DNA of 19,962 nucleotides from Candidatus Nanohaloarchaea archaeon (lineage in GTDB: Archaea; Nanohalarchaeota; Nanosalinia; Nanosalinales; Nanosalinaceae). Position 1 is the stretch's first letter; each line of letters begins with the position of its first letter. The notes beneath the pieces were generated by a model. The model saw only the letters and a program-made list of their open reading frames with translations. It was not told the origin of the DNA and made no database searches. The stretch is taken from positions 1 through 19,962 of the forward strand of contig JBDGSJ010000033.1 of NCBI GenBank assembly GCA_042217585.1, in the 5' to 3' direction. This document shows, piece by piece, positions 1-7,744 of the stretch. Made by a program: the position numbers and the translations under genes.

Positions 1-121
1 TCAGGACCGGAGGCTTCATCCCAGGCCGGTCCGCGTAACCCTCTATGACCGGCCAGCCGTAGTTCACCCCCTTCCTGATGATGTTGAGTTCGTCATGGTG
101 GGTGTCGCCGTGCTCCGTCAC
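1..121 (-). CDS. Partial PQQ-dependent glucose/sorbosone dehydrogenase (GSDH)-like fragment, running off the left edge; appears to lack the N-terminal half
   Basis: Not in the ORF track. Manual minus-strand translation from GTG at 121 gives VTEHGDTHHDELNIIRKGVNYGWPVIEGYADRPGMKPPVL, matching the GSDH motif TEHG-x4-DELN-x6-NYGWP. In-frame upstream codons show no GSDH resemblance. Confidence 0.7.
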   Translation of the reverse strand, partial: MTEHGDTHHDELNIIRKGVNYGWPVIEGYADRPGMKPPVL

Positions 122-173
122 CCGAGGCAGGACCCGTACGGTAATAAGAGCTGAGCCACCAGTATTGTATTCG

Positions 174-485
174 ATGGAAAGTCCGCAATCGGCGGCCTAC
201 GAGGCGACGAGAGACCTGAACACCTACAGGGTGGTCCAGGCGTACGCGAACCTCGAGGACTACGAGGACCTGCTGACAGGAATGGATGAGATCCCGGTCC
301 CGGAACTGGTGGAGGAGACCGGTCTCGGAAGGGAGACGGCCCAGAAGGGGCTTGAACCGTTCGAGGAGGCGGGACTGGTCCACAGGGAGAACGGCAAGTA
401 CGTCGTTGACAGCGAGGTATCCGACGAGGAGATCGAGGAGTTCGCTGTGGAGTTCGAGTACTTCGCCGAGAGAGACTACCTGTGA
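174..485 (+). CDS. Small acidic winged helix-turn-helix protein (putative transcription regulator)
   Basis: IPVPELVEETGLGRETAQKGLEPFEEAGLVHRENGKYVV has a wHTH pattern. Start moved from 78 to ATG 174, which lies about 30 nt after TAATAA (142-147) and avoids overlap with the divergent GSDH fragment. Confidence 0.7.
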   Translation: MESPQSAAYEATRDLNTYRVVQAYANLEDYEDLLTGMDEIPVPELVEETGLGRETAQKGLEPFEEAGLVHRENGKYVVDSEVSDEEIEEFAVEFEYFAERDYL

Positions 486-530
486 ATTTTTTATTCGGCG
501 ACTTCTCTGGTTCTCCTGGGGCGGTAGTGA

Positions 531-1274
531 ATGAGGAAGGATGAGGTCTTCGAGAAGATAGAGATTGGTGAACCGTCCACCATCGAGGACGTGATAGAGG
601 GGATGGAGGCCCTCCAGCAGTTCCTCGGCGAGAGGGAGAGGTACAGGAGCCTCCTGCCGTTCCTGAAGGCTTATTACAGGGTCACGAGCTCGGTGCAGGA
701 GAGGAAGAGGCAGGGTTTCTTCGACCATCCCGGCGAGATGGACCGGCTGGACGTCGTTTTCGCCAGGAGATACTTCGAGCCGGTGAAGGAGTACCTGGAC
801 GGCGAGGACCCCGGGAGGCCCTGGTCCCCGTACTTCGATTACTGCCGGAGGAACGACTCGATGGCGTCCCTCGAGATGATGCTCGGGATAAACGTCCACA
901 TAAACGCGGACCTCGCCCCGGCCCTCGAGGAGGCCGGTTTCCGCCACAGGAAGGACTACGACAGGATAAACGAGGTCCTTGAGAGCGAGATAGTTAGCCT
1001 GCTGAGATACCTGGTCCTGAACCGTCCTGACAGGCTGAACCTCGCGGCGGTCCTGATGCCGATGGTGGTGGACCGTGAGTTCCGGAACGTGATCGTCAGG
1101 TGGAGGGACAGGACCTGGGAGAACAGGGAGGCGATGGACCTTGAAGAGCTCCAGAGACAGACATGTGAGGTCTCCCGGGAGCTCGTCGAGATAGGACATG
1201 ACCTGAACCCGCTTAACCTGCCCCACCGCCTGAAGGAACTCGAGAGGCTGGAGGTATCTCTAGATCGAGCTTAG
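531..1274 (+). CDS. DUF5995-family protein
   Basis: FLKAYYRVT...GFFDHP..MDRLDVVFARRYF and MLGINVHINADLAPAL...DYDRINEVL are segments I recognise as characteristic of DUF5995. Confidence 0.75.
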   Translation: MRKDEVFEKIEIGEPSTIEDVIEGMEALQQFLGERERYRSLLPFLKAYYRVTSSVQERKRQGFFDHPGEMDRLDVVFARRYFEPVKEYLDGEDPGRPWSPYFDYCRRNDSMASLEMMLGINVHINADLAPALEEAGFRHRKDYDRINEVLESEIVSLLRYLVLNRPDRLNLAAVLMPMVVDREFRNVIVRWRDRTWENREAMDLEELQRQTCEVSRELVEIGHDLNPLNLPHRLKELERLEVSLDRA

Positions 1275-1826
1275 AGCCCCGTAGGGGGTCGTGTACGGGA
1301 CCTGGCCGTTGAACTCCGCGAAATCCGCGTCCACCGTGACAAGTGCCGCGTCCTGGTCCTGCGCCGCGGAGACGTACCTCCTGTCCCTGTAACCGGGACC
1401 GCTGACATCCAGCTCCTCGGGCTCGTAGCTCTCCAGGTCGAAGTCCCGGGTGAAAACGTCGAAAAGCCTCAGTATCATCTCTATGTTGCTCTCTCCCGGG
1501 TTTTCCGTGTGAGATATCCTGCCGTTCCTGTAGTTCTCCCAGACCCTCTCGTCCAGGTCCTCCGCGGTCAGGACCTCGACGTCCTGCTGGTGCGCCCGGT
1601 CCAGGAAACCGAGTATGTCCCGCCAGCCCTCCGAGTACAGGTCGCCGAACATCCCGGATCTTCCCTCCCGCTCCACCTTCCCGGCCAGGTCGTAGACCAG
1701 GCAGTCATCCAGGACGAACCGGTCCTCCTCAACGCTGTTTATCAGCTGTGGTTCGAATCCCGCGGTCCTGCCCACGTCGAGTTCCTCGATGTATTCCTCC
1801 GCGTCGCTGAGGAGTTCGGTTTCCAC
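1260..1826 (-). CDS. PIN-domain (VapC-like) protein, putative RNase
   Basis: N-terminal FVLDD and C-terminal D-x6-A...ALVTVDADF match the acidic-residue pattern of PIN domains. GTG start, with TATA-like GATAAAAA on the minus strand near 1847-1854. Confidence 0.6.
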   Translation of the reverse strand: METELLSDAEEYIEELDVGRTAGFEPQLINSVEEDRFVLDDCLVYDLAGKVEREGRSGMFGDLYSEGWRDILGFLDRAHQQDVEVLTAEDLDERVWENYRNGRISHTENPGESNIEMILRLFDVFTRDFDLESYEPEELDVSGPGYRDRRYVSAAQDQDAALVTVDADFAEFNGQVPYTTPYGALSSI

Positions 1827-1900
1827 GGACTGGTATGGTATTCGAATTTTTTATCCCTTACTCGCAAAAACTACGGTCCTCTCCACCGGCTCTCGCTACC

Positions 1901-1927
1901 GGAAACCATTTAAACCGGGAGAAAGCA
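1901..1927 (+). promoter_or_regulatory. Archaeal BRE + TATA promoter (GGAAACCATTTAAACCGGGAGAAAGCA)
   Basis: Purine-rich BRE-like GGAAA followed by TTTAAA. A near-identical element at 16582-16607 precedes the Fic-like gene. Confidence 0.6.
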
Positions 1928-1940
1928 TGTATCCTCATGT

Positions 1941-2005
1941 CTGTAGCCGGTAGTCGGTGGAAGGCTTTCACCCGGACCCCTGGCTACAGCACCTATTTTA
2001 CCTTT
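1941..2005 (+). ncRNA. Candidate structured small RNA or leader (49-nt hairpin followed by a U-rich tract)
   Basis: 1941-1950 pairs with 1980-1989 (10 bp, one G-U), 1953-1955 with 1975-1977, and 1956-1962 with 1966-1972. It begins about 30 nt after the TATA box and is followed by TATTTTACCTTT. Confidence 0.4.
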
Positions 2006-2059
2006 AGCTTCTAGGGACCTGGAGAAGATCCGGGTTTCCGCAGTTCAGAGGTGTTCTAC

Positions 2060-2149
2060 ATGAAAAGACCACACTACACTTCAACCCCGTTCCGCACCCC
2101 AGAAACCTTCTACCGCTCCAGCAGAGGCGATGCCAGTGGACAGAGGTGA
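2060..2149 (+). CDS. Possible 29-aa basic small ORF (MKRPHYTSTPFRTPETFYRSSRGDASGQR)
   Basis: ATG at 2060 is preceded by SD-like GAGGTG (2048-2053). Its stop is embedded in the SD-like GAGGTGAGAGGAG of the next gene. The composition is atypical for this acidic proteome. Confidence 0.3.
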   Translation: MKRPHYTSTPFRTPETFYRSSRGDASGQR

Positions 2150-2155
2150 GAGGAG

Positions 2156-2482
2156 TTGAACCTGGACGACGTCGAGGCAGAGCTGGAGAACACCAGGCTG
2201 GTGAACTACGACGACCCTGAAGAACTTTACACCGAGAAACTCGGGCGTGTACACGCCGGAGACCGGTCCTACGGCGTGGTCATCGTTGAGCAGGATGACG
2301 AGGTTTACGCCGGGTGGCAGGAGATAGAGGAAGGCGATCACTGGCCTTACGACGGTATAGAGCCCAGCGTACCGGTCGAGGAGCTCCCGGAGGACGACTC
2401 GGAGCTCATGGACCTCGGCGAGGACCTGGGACTTTACGAGCCCGCCGTCGAACAGGAGGAGCGGAGGAAGGTGACGGCCTGA
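2156..2482 (+). CDS. Hypothetical acidic protein
   Basis: 108-aa ORF with host-like codon usage and D/E richness. TTG start after a strong SD-like GAGGTGAGAGGAG. Confidence 0.8.
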   Translation: MNLDDVEAELENTRLVNYDDPEELYTEKLGRVHAGDRSYGVVIVEQDDEVYAGWQEIEEGDHWPYDGIEPSVPVEELPEDDSELMDLGEDLGLYEPAVEQEERRKVTA

Positions 2483-2483
2483 C

Positions 2484-2521
2484 GGGGAAAGAGATAAATC
2501 CTCCTTTTTCTCTCTTTCCTC
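2484..2521 (+). terminator. Inverted repeat with pyrimidine tract after the 2156-2482 stop; overlaps the putative promoter of the next gene
   Basis: GGAAAGAGA (2486-2494) is the exact reverse complement of TCTCTTTCC (2511-2519). The loop contains CTTTTTC. Confidence 0.45.
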
Positions 2522-2558
2522 CATGTAGCTTGAAGACTTTACCTCGGACCTCAACCTC

Positions 2559-3083
2559 GTGTTCTTCTGGGGGCTGACCGTGACACTCGGTTACGCCCTG
2601 TCGGACGTTATCGCGGCGGCGATGCCGGTCGCAAGAGCGGAGACAAGTATAGTGCTGACCTGGGTCGTGCTGATGGCGATACCGGTCGCGCTGACCGTCA
2701 GGAAGGTGAGGAAAGGCACGGGACTGCTCGAGGTCAACCCGGTATGGGCCGGTTTAACCGTCCTCGGTTTGCTGGGGAACGTGGCAGGGATCGCGTTCGG
2801 TCTCGCGTACTCGACGAGGTCATTCGGTTACTTCGAGAAATGGTTCCTGTTCGGCGCCGCAGGGTTCGCCTACACCGCCTGGAAGATGGACGGCTTCTCA
2901 CGGTACGTCTACACCGCGGCGGCCGCTGGAAACGTCGTTTTCGCTGTCCTGCTGTTCTCCGACCCTTCTCTGGTCGGCGCGGCGTTCCTCGGGGGCGTGG
3001 TCCTCCAGGGAATGCCTATGATGGTGGACTGGTTCTACTACTCCCACTGCGGAGAGGTCCTGAGATCAGATCTTCTCCCTTGA
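2559..3083 (+). CDS. Multi-pass membrane protein (about 6 TM); possibly disrupted at codon 2 if the true start is ATG 2523
   Basis: Several 18-22 aa hydrophobic stretches. An in-frame ATG at 2523 is immediately followed by TAG. Confidence 0.75.
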   Translation: MFFWGLTVTLGYALSDVIAAAMPVARAETSIVLTWVVLMAIPVALTVRKVRKGTGLLEVNPVWAGLTVLGLLGNVAGIAFGLAYSTRSFGYFEKWFLFGAAGFAYTAWKMDGFSRYVYTAAAAGNVVFAVLLFSDPSLVGAAFLGGVVLQGMPMMVDWFYYSHCGEVLRSDLLP

Positions 3084-4202
3084 CCTCTTCGCGAGGTAGG
3101 TCCCGGACCCCAGCATCAGCATGAGGAGTCCGACGTAGTACGGCTGGAGCGGCCTCACCAGGAAAACCGACAGGAACAGCACGGGAACCACCAGCACCGA
3201 GTTCAGGGCCAGGTAGACCCCGAAGACTGAAGCGTCGAAGAGCTTCTCGTTGGGGTCCAGACCGGTCAGGTAGGACGCCAGTCCGAGGGTGTAGACTATC
3301 CCGCTGACCATCGTGCCGTACGAGAGCAGGATGTGGTCCCTGTAGAAGAACAGGGAGATCAGGAAGAACAGCGAGGTTATGGACAGCGAGATCAGGAGGA
3401 AGGCCCTCTCCTTCGACTCCAGGAGCATCTCGGCGTCGACCGGCAGGTGGTCGTAGTCCTCGACCTTGTCGAACCTGTTAACCCAGTTGTACACGGTCAG
3501 AGAGGAGATGCCGAGCAGGACCGAGTACGAGAGCATCGGGTTGGAGAGGAAGACACCGGTTATCGGGAAGTACAGGACCATGAACCAGTAGAAGCCTGTG
3601 AGCACCGCGAGCGAGAACAGCACCTTTATGATACCGCCCGAGGACCTCCAGAGGTCCAGCACGCTCTTCTGTGTCAGTGGGTCGGACCAGTCCGAGTAAT
3701 CCAGTCCTGGCGTCGGCAGTTCCAGCGAGACCCTTGCGAACGCCACGGAGAGCGCCAGTCCTCCGAGGAACCAGAGGTGCATGTTCACCACCGACATCAC
3801 GGTCGAGAAGCCGGTCGGTATCAGCAGTCCCAGCGAGATCGGGACCAGGAAAAGACCGGTGTAGTAAATCATGTCCTTGACGATGAACGCAGCCATCAGC
3901 TTCCTGCGTGAGATAGGAAGGGTCCTCGAGGAGTATATTATGAAGTTCACCGGTCCGAGGACGTTCTTCATCGCGTCCTTACCCGAGAAACCTAGGCTTC
4001 CGACCGCGAGGCCGACGAAAAGCCCGAAGAACTGGACCGCGTCGCCGAGGACCGACGCCCCAAGCGTCGAGTACCTCACGACGCCGTATGTGAATCCCAG
4101 TGATAGAGCGAAGATCATGACCGGGAACATGGCGAAGTAGCGGCCCCGGAACAGCTCGGAGTGCATCCTCCACTCCTCTTTGATCATCTTTTTAGTAATC
4201 AT
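3066..4202 (-). CDS. ABC-type exporter membrane (permease) subunit
   Basis: About 10 hydrophobic helices and an N-terminal MIKEEWR motif. The start overlaps the end of the ABC ATPase gene. Confidence 0.8.
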   Translation of the reverse strand: MITKKMIKEEWRMHSELFRGRYFAMFPVMIFALSLGFTYGVVRYSTLGASVLGDAVQFFGLFVGLAVGSLGFSGKDAMKNVLGPVNFIIYSSRTLPISRRKLMAAFIVKDMIYYTGLFLVPISLGLLIPTGFSTVMSVVNMHLWFLGGLALSVAFARVSLELPTPGLDYSDWSDPLTQKSVLDLWRSSGGIIKVLFSLAVLTGFYWFMVLYFPITGVFLSNPMLSYSVLLGISSLTVYNWVNRFDKVEDYDHLPVDAEMLLESKERAFLLISLSITSLFFLISLFFYRDHILLSYGTMVSGIVYTLGLASYLTGLDPNEKLFDASVFGVYLALNSVLVVPVLFLSVFLVRPLQPYYVGLLMLMLGSGTYLAKRSREKI

Positions 4203-4875
4203 AGTCGTCCAGGAACTTGTCCTTCAAGTTTTCGGTGTCCTCGAACTCGTCTATTACCTCGCCGTCCCTGAGGAAGAACACGCGGTCGCAGAGCTCCTCT
4301 GCCAGAGAGACCACGTGGGTGCACAGGAACATGGTCCCGCCGTCCTCGCGGTAATCCCTGAAGAGCTGTTTCGCCTCCTCCTGTATCACCGGGTCCAGGT
4401 TTATCAGCGGCTCGTCGATGAAGACCAGCTCCGGGTCGTGGAAAAGCGCCTGTACTATCATCAGTTTCTGTCTCTCGCCCTTCGAGAGGCTCCTGCTGAG
4501 GGACTCCATCTTGCCCTCCATCCTGAACTTCCCGACCCAGTGCTCGATATCGATCTCCTCGTCACGTATGTCGGCGACGAACTCGAGGTACTCCCTCGCC
4601 TTCATGAAGCTGGGCGGGTCCTCTCGCTCCGGCAGGACCCCGAGCTTCTTCCTCAGTTCCACGCCTTCTTCGCCCGGGTCCATCCCGAGGACATCTACGT
4701 CCCCCGAGTCGCGGTCCCTCTGACCGGTCAGTATCTCCACGGTGGTCGATTTTCCGGCTCCGTTCGGCCCGAGGAAGCCGACTATCTCTCCCTCCTCCAC
4801 ATCCAGGTCCACTCCCTTCAGGGCCTCGACTTCTCCGAAGGACTTCTTCAGGTCCTCTACCTTTACCTTTTTCAC
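4192..4875 (-). CDS. ABC transporter ATP-binding protein (CcmA/ABC-2 multidrug type)
   Basis: Walker A GPNGAGKST, signature LSKGERQK, Walker B FIDEP and H-loop LCTH. Start placed at in-frame GTG 4875, where the domain begins (VKKVKVEDLKKSFG). Confidence 0.95.
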   Translation of the reverse strand: MKKVKVEDLKKSFGEVEALKGVDLDVEEGEIVGFLGPNGAGKSTTVEILTGQRDRDSGDVDVLGMDPGEEGVELRKKLGVLPEREDPPSFMKAREYLEFVADIRDEEIDIEHWVGKFRMEGKMESLSRSLSKGERQKLMIVQALFHDPELVFIDEPLINLDPVIQEEAKQLFRDYREDGGTMFLCTHVVSLAEELCDRVFFLRDGEVIDEFEDTENLKDKFLDDYDY

Positions 4876-4973
4876 AGGAACATTTTTTCTCTCGACCGAA
4901 TAAAATAGTTTCGAACGATCGTTCAGCCCCGTGGTCCGCACCTCTAATAAGGAGGAATGACAAAAAAGGGTTC

Positions 4974-5504
4974 ATGCCCCTTGAGACAGCGGTCATGGAG
5001 GCCCTGGCGGCCTACAGGTCACCTGTCCTGACCAAGGTCTTCCTCTCTGTGACGGCGATGGGATCGATAACGGTGATAGGCGCCTTCCTGGCCGGACTAT
5101 ACTTCAGCTCGGAGAGAAGGGTTTTCGTCCTTTCGACCGTTGCCACTGCGTTCTCCGGAGCACTGACATTCTCTCTCAAGAGGATAGTGGGGAGGATGAG
5201 ACCTGAAGTCATCGTCAGCAACGTGGACCCGTGGTCCATGTTAGCGTTCCCGTCGGGCCACACCACGGTCGCGTTCTCTGTTGCGACGGTCCTGGCGCAC
5301 GAGACCAGGGAGAAAAAGCTCTACGTTTACTCGGTGGCCGCGCTGATAGGTATCTCGAGGATCTACCTCGGTCTCCACTACCCGACTGACGTCATCGCGG
5401 GCGCATTCCTCGGATACAGCATGGCGAGGACCGTTCTGGACAGGGAGCAACACGTCCTGGACCTCCTCTCGTGGAAAAGCGTATTCGAAGGAGGGAAGAG
5501 GTGA
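4974..5504 (+). CDS. PAP2-family membrane phosphatase
   Basis: All three PAP2 motifs are present: KRIVGRMRP, FPSGH and SRIYLGLHYPTDV. Confidence 0.95.
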   Translation: MPLETAVMEALAAYRSPVLTKVFLSVTAMGSITVIGAFLAGLYFSSERRVFVLSTVATAFSGALTFSLKRIVGRMRPEVIVSNVDPWSMLAFPSGHTTVAFSVATVLAHETREKKLYVYSVAALIGISRIYLGLHYPTDVIAGAFLGYSMARTVLDREQHVLDLLSWKSVFEGGKR

Positions 5505-5508
5505 AAGA

Positions 5509-6165
5509 ATGGGGACAGCGGACCGCCTGAAAGACTACTTTGTTTCGGGGCTGCTTCTGCTGGCTCCTCTTGTCCTGACAGTATTCGTGCTCAAACTGAT
5601 GTTCGACTGGAGCCTGTTCGTCATAGATCCTGTGGTCGCCGCGACCGGGCTCACACGCTACACCTCCAACGACAGGCTGGCAGCCCAGTTCCTCGGCCTC
5701 CTGCTGGTATTCGTGGCCGTGACCTTCTCCGGGTTCCTCACGCGGACCAGGTCCGGCAGGAAGTTCCTCAACGTCTTCGGAAACCTCGTGAACCTGATAC
5801 CGCTTGTCAGGGGGATCTACTCGACGATCAAGCAGGTCTCGACAGCCTTCAGCGACCGCGAAAGCAGTTTCAGGAGCACGGTACTGGTCCAGTATCCGAG
5901 GGAGGACACCTACAAGATCGGTTTCGTGACAGGGGAGGCGCCTGACAGGATCGACGGAGGAGAGGACCTCAGGAGCGTCTTCCTGCCCGCGAGCCCCAAC
6001 CCGACGACCGGGGAACTCCTCCTCGTCCCCGAGAACCAGATAAAGGAGTCGGGGATGAGCGTTGGGGAAGGCCTCAGGTACCTGATGACCACCGGGATGA
6101 CGGTGAAAGAGGAGGAGATGGAGGACATCGCACGGGAAGGAGGGATGGACACGGATGGAGATTGA
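5509..6165 (+). CDS. DUF502-family membrane protein
   Basis: YFVSGLLLLAPLVLT, IPLVRGIYSTIKQ, VLVQYPR and VFLPASPNPTTG are typical DUF502 motifs. Confidence 0.9.
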   Translation: MGTADRLKDYFVSGLLLLAPLVLTVFVLKLMFDWSLFVIDPVVAATGLTRYTSNDRLAAQFLGLLLVFVAVTFSGFLTRTRSGRKFLNVFGNLVNLIPLVRGIYSTIKQVSTAFSDRESSFRSTVLVQYPREDTYKIGFVTGEAPDRIDGGEDLRSVFLPASPNPTTGELLLVPENQIKESGMSVGEGLRYLMTTGMTVKEEEMEDIAREGGMDTDGD

Positions 6166-6679
6166 CCTGGACCGTTACCTGGACCTGTACTCCGAGACGC
6201 AGGGAATCCTTCCCGGGAAACTGGAGAGCTACGGCGAGAAGTACAGGGAGCAGGGACACCTGACGCAGGACCAGCTCTACGAGATAGCGTACGAATCCTC
6301 GACGAGGTCCGCGTACCACGTCCAGAACAACCCTGAGGACCGGTGCAGGGAGGTGACCTCCAACGTCCTGAAGGTAGATGGAGACTTCAGCAGGATAGCG
6401 CTGATCTCCTCGCTCCGGGGTTTCAAGGCCCCGACAGCCTCCTGTGTCCTGACCGCGCTGGACCCGGAGAGACACGCAGTGGTCGACACGAGGGTCTGGG
6501 CGTCGCTGGAACGCCTGGACCGGGTGGAGGGCCGGAAGGAGAGCTTCGGACCCTCTGACTACGTCAGGATGATCGAGGAGATACGGGATATGGCATCGGG
6601 AACCGGGCGGTCCGCGGCCGAGGTCGGATATGCGCTTTTCGCCCACGACTACGACGTCCGTGAGGGCACCCTCCACTGA
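6155..6679 (+). CDS. HhH-GPD-superfamily-like protein (possible DNA glycosylase)
   Basis: [13 protein letters not shown]...VVDTRV resembles the helix-hairpin-helix plus conserved Asp. The start overlaps the DUF502 stop. Confidence 0.55.
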   Translation: MEIDLDRYLDLYSETQGILPGKLESYGEKYREQGHLTQDQLYEIAYESSTRSAYHVQNNPEDRCREVTSNVLKVDGDFSRIALISSLRGFKAPTASCVLTALDPERHAVVDTRVWASLERLDRVEGRKESFGPSDYVRMIEEIRDMASGTGRSAAEVGYALFAHDYDVREGTLH

Positions 6680-6716
6680 CCAAGTTTTATCCATCTACGG
6701 TGAACTTTCCGGTTAC

Positions 6717-6986
6717 ATGGAGCGCGCCCACGTCTGGATATCGGGGAAGGTCCAGGGAGTAACCTTCAGGGCCTCGACAAGGAGAAAAGCGCGGGAACTC
6801 GAGGTCTACGGCTGGGTCAGGAATCTTGAGGATGGAAGGGTCGAGGCCGTCTTCGAGGGAGAAGAAGAGGACGTCGAGAAGATGATAGAGTTCTGCCACG
6901 AAGGTCCGAGACTGGCCGATGTGGAAGATGTCGAGGTCCAGCGCGAGGAACCCGAGGGCCTGCCCGGTTTCAGGGTCCGCCGCTAG
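6717..6986 (+). CDS. acyP: Acylphosphatase
   Basis: [26 protein letters not shown] and GP motifs. 89 aa from ATG 6717, with TTTTAT about 30 nt upstream. Confidence 0.95.
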   Translation: MERAHVWISGKVQGVTFRASTRRKARELEVYGWVRNLEDGRVEAVFEGEEEDVEKMIEFCHEGPRLADVEDVEVQREEPEGLPGFRVRR

Positions 6987-7672
6987 ATCTCCTCCGCGTA
7001 GACCCGGTCGATGTCGTCAATGTCAGAATCCAGCTTCTCCCTGATCGCGTACAGGGCTCTCTCGTTTTCGACCGGTCTTATCTCTCCGCCGGGCCTGAGC
7101 TCCCCGAGGACCACTATATCCGTCTCGACACCGGATTCCGGTTCGTACTTCTCCGCCTCAAGGTAGCCGTAGAACGAGTTGGTTATCCTGACGACGCCCG
7201 TGGAAGGTTCGATACCCTCCTCAAGATACCGGTCCATGTCGAAACCCTCCTCCACCAGTATCCGGTTCAGGTACTCGTGCTCCGGGTCTATCTCCGGACT
7301 GGTCCTGTCGCCGGGCAGGTAGTACGACCTCGGCGCGAAATGGACCGTGTCCGCCACCTCCTCATCTTCAAGCTCAGACTTTATCTCCTGTCTCTCCGAT
7401 TTCCAGAGCACCGGATCGAACCTGCCGTCCCTCAGGACGCCCGGGACGTAGGTCTCGGCCCTTCCCCTCTCACCGAACTCACCGTCCCTCTTCTCAGCGA
7501 ACCTGTAATCAATGTAACCCACGGTCCTGCCGTCCAGCCGCAGGAGACCGGGATCCGTGTTAACAATGGCGGGCCTCGAACCTATCTCGGTCCTGAAAGG
7601 CTCGACGCCGACGGAAAGATCCTCAAGGGCATCGTAGAACTCCTCCAGTTCGTCCCTCCGGACCTCCTCCAT
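6983..7672 (-). CDS. Hypothetical acidic protein with an apparent internal domain duplication
   Basis: 229-aa acidic ORF with host-like codons. The two halves share G-hh-R-x5-GY and V-x-G-x-LR-x-G...PV motifs. Confidence 0.75.
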   Translation of the reverse strand: MEEVRRDELEEFYDALEDLSVGVEPFRTEIGSRPAIVNTDPGLLRLDGRTVGYIDYRFAEKRDGEFGERGRAETYVPGVLRDGRFDPVLWKSERQEIKSELEDEEVADTVHFAPRSYYLPGDRTSPEIDPEHEYLNRILVEEGFDMDRYLEEGIEPSTGVVRITNSFYGYLEAEKYEPESGVETDIVVLGELRPGGEIRPVENERALYAIREKLDSDIDDIDRVYAEEI

Positions 7673-7744
7673 GAAAGATGATTTGTTCTCAAGACTTTTT
7701 ACCGGGTCGGAACTGGTTTAATTCCTTTTCCATCAACTGGTCAC

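Noticed and set aside
93..1226. 377-aa minus-strand ORF and similar long antisense or alternate-frame ORFs (e.g. 4180-4908, 6074-6694, 9348-9944, 13649-14212 extension, 18705-19130)
   Set aside because: They shadow well-supported genes, have V/L/P/H- or S/R-rich compositions typical of GC-rich antisense frames, and show no motifs.
1941..1992. Assignment of the hairpin as an H/ACA guide, SRP RNA or tRNA
   Set aside because: There is no K-turn/K-loop or proper pseudouridylation pocket, the ACA lies inside the stem, there is no cloverleaf or T-loop, and it is too short for archaeal SRP RNA.
2523..2528. Amber (TAG) recoding or pyrrolysine read-through
   Set aside because: TAG clearly terminates well-defined genes here (acylphosphatase, MscL). 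I found no other in-frame TAG inside a conserved domain and no pyl genes.
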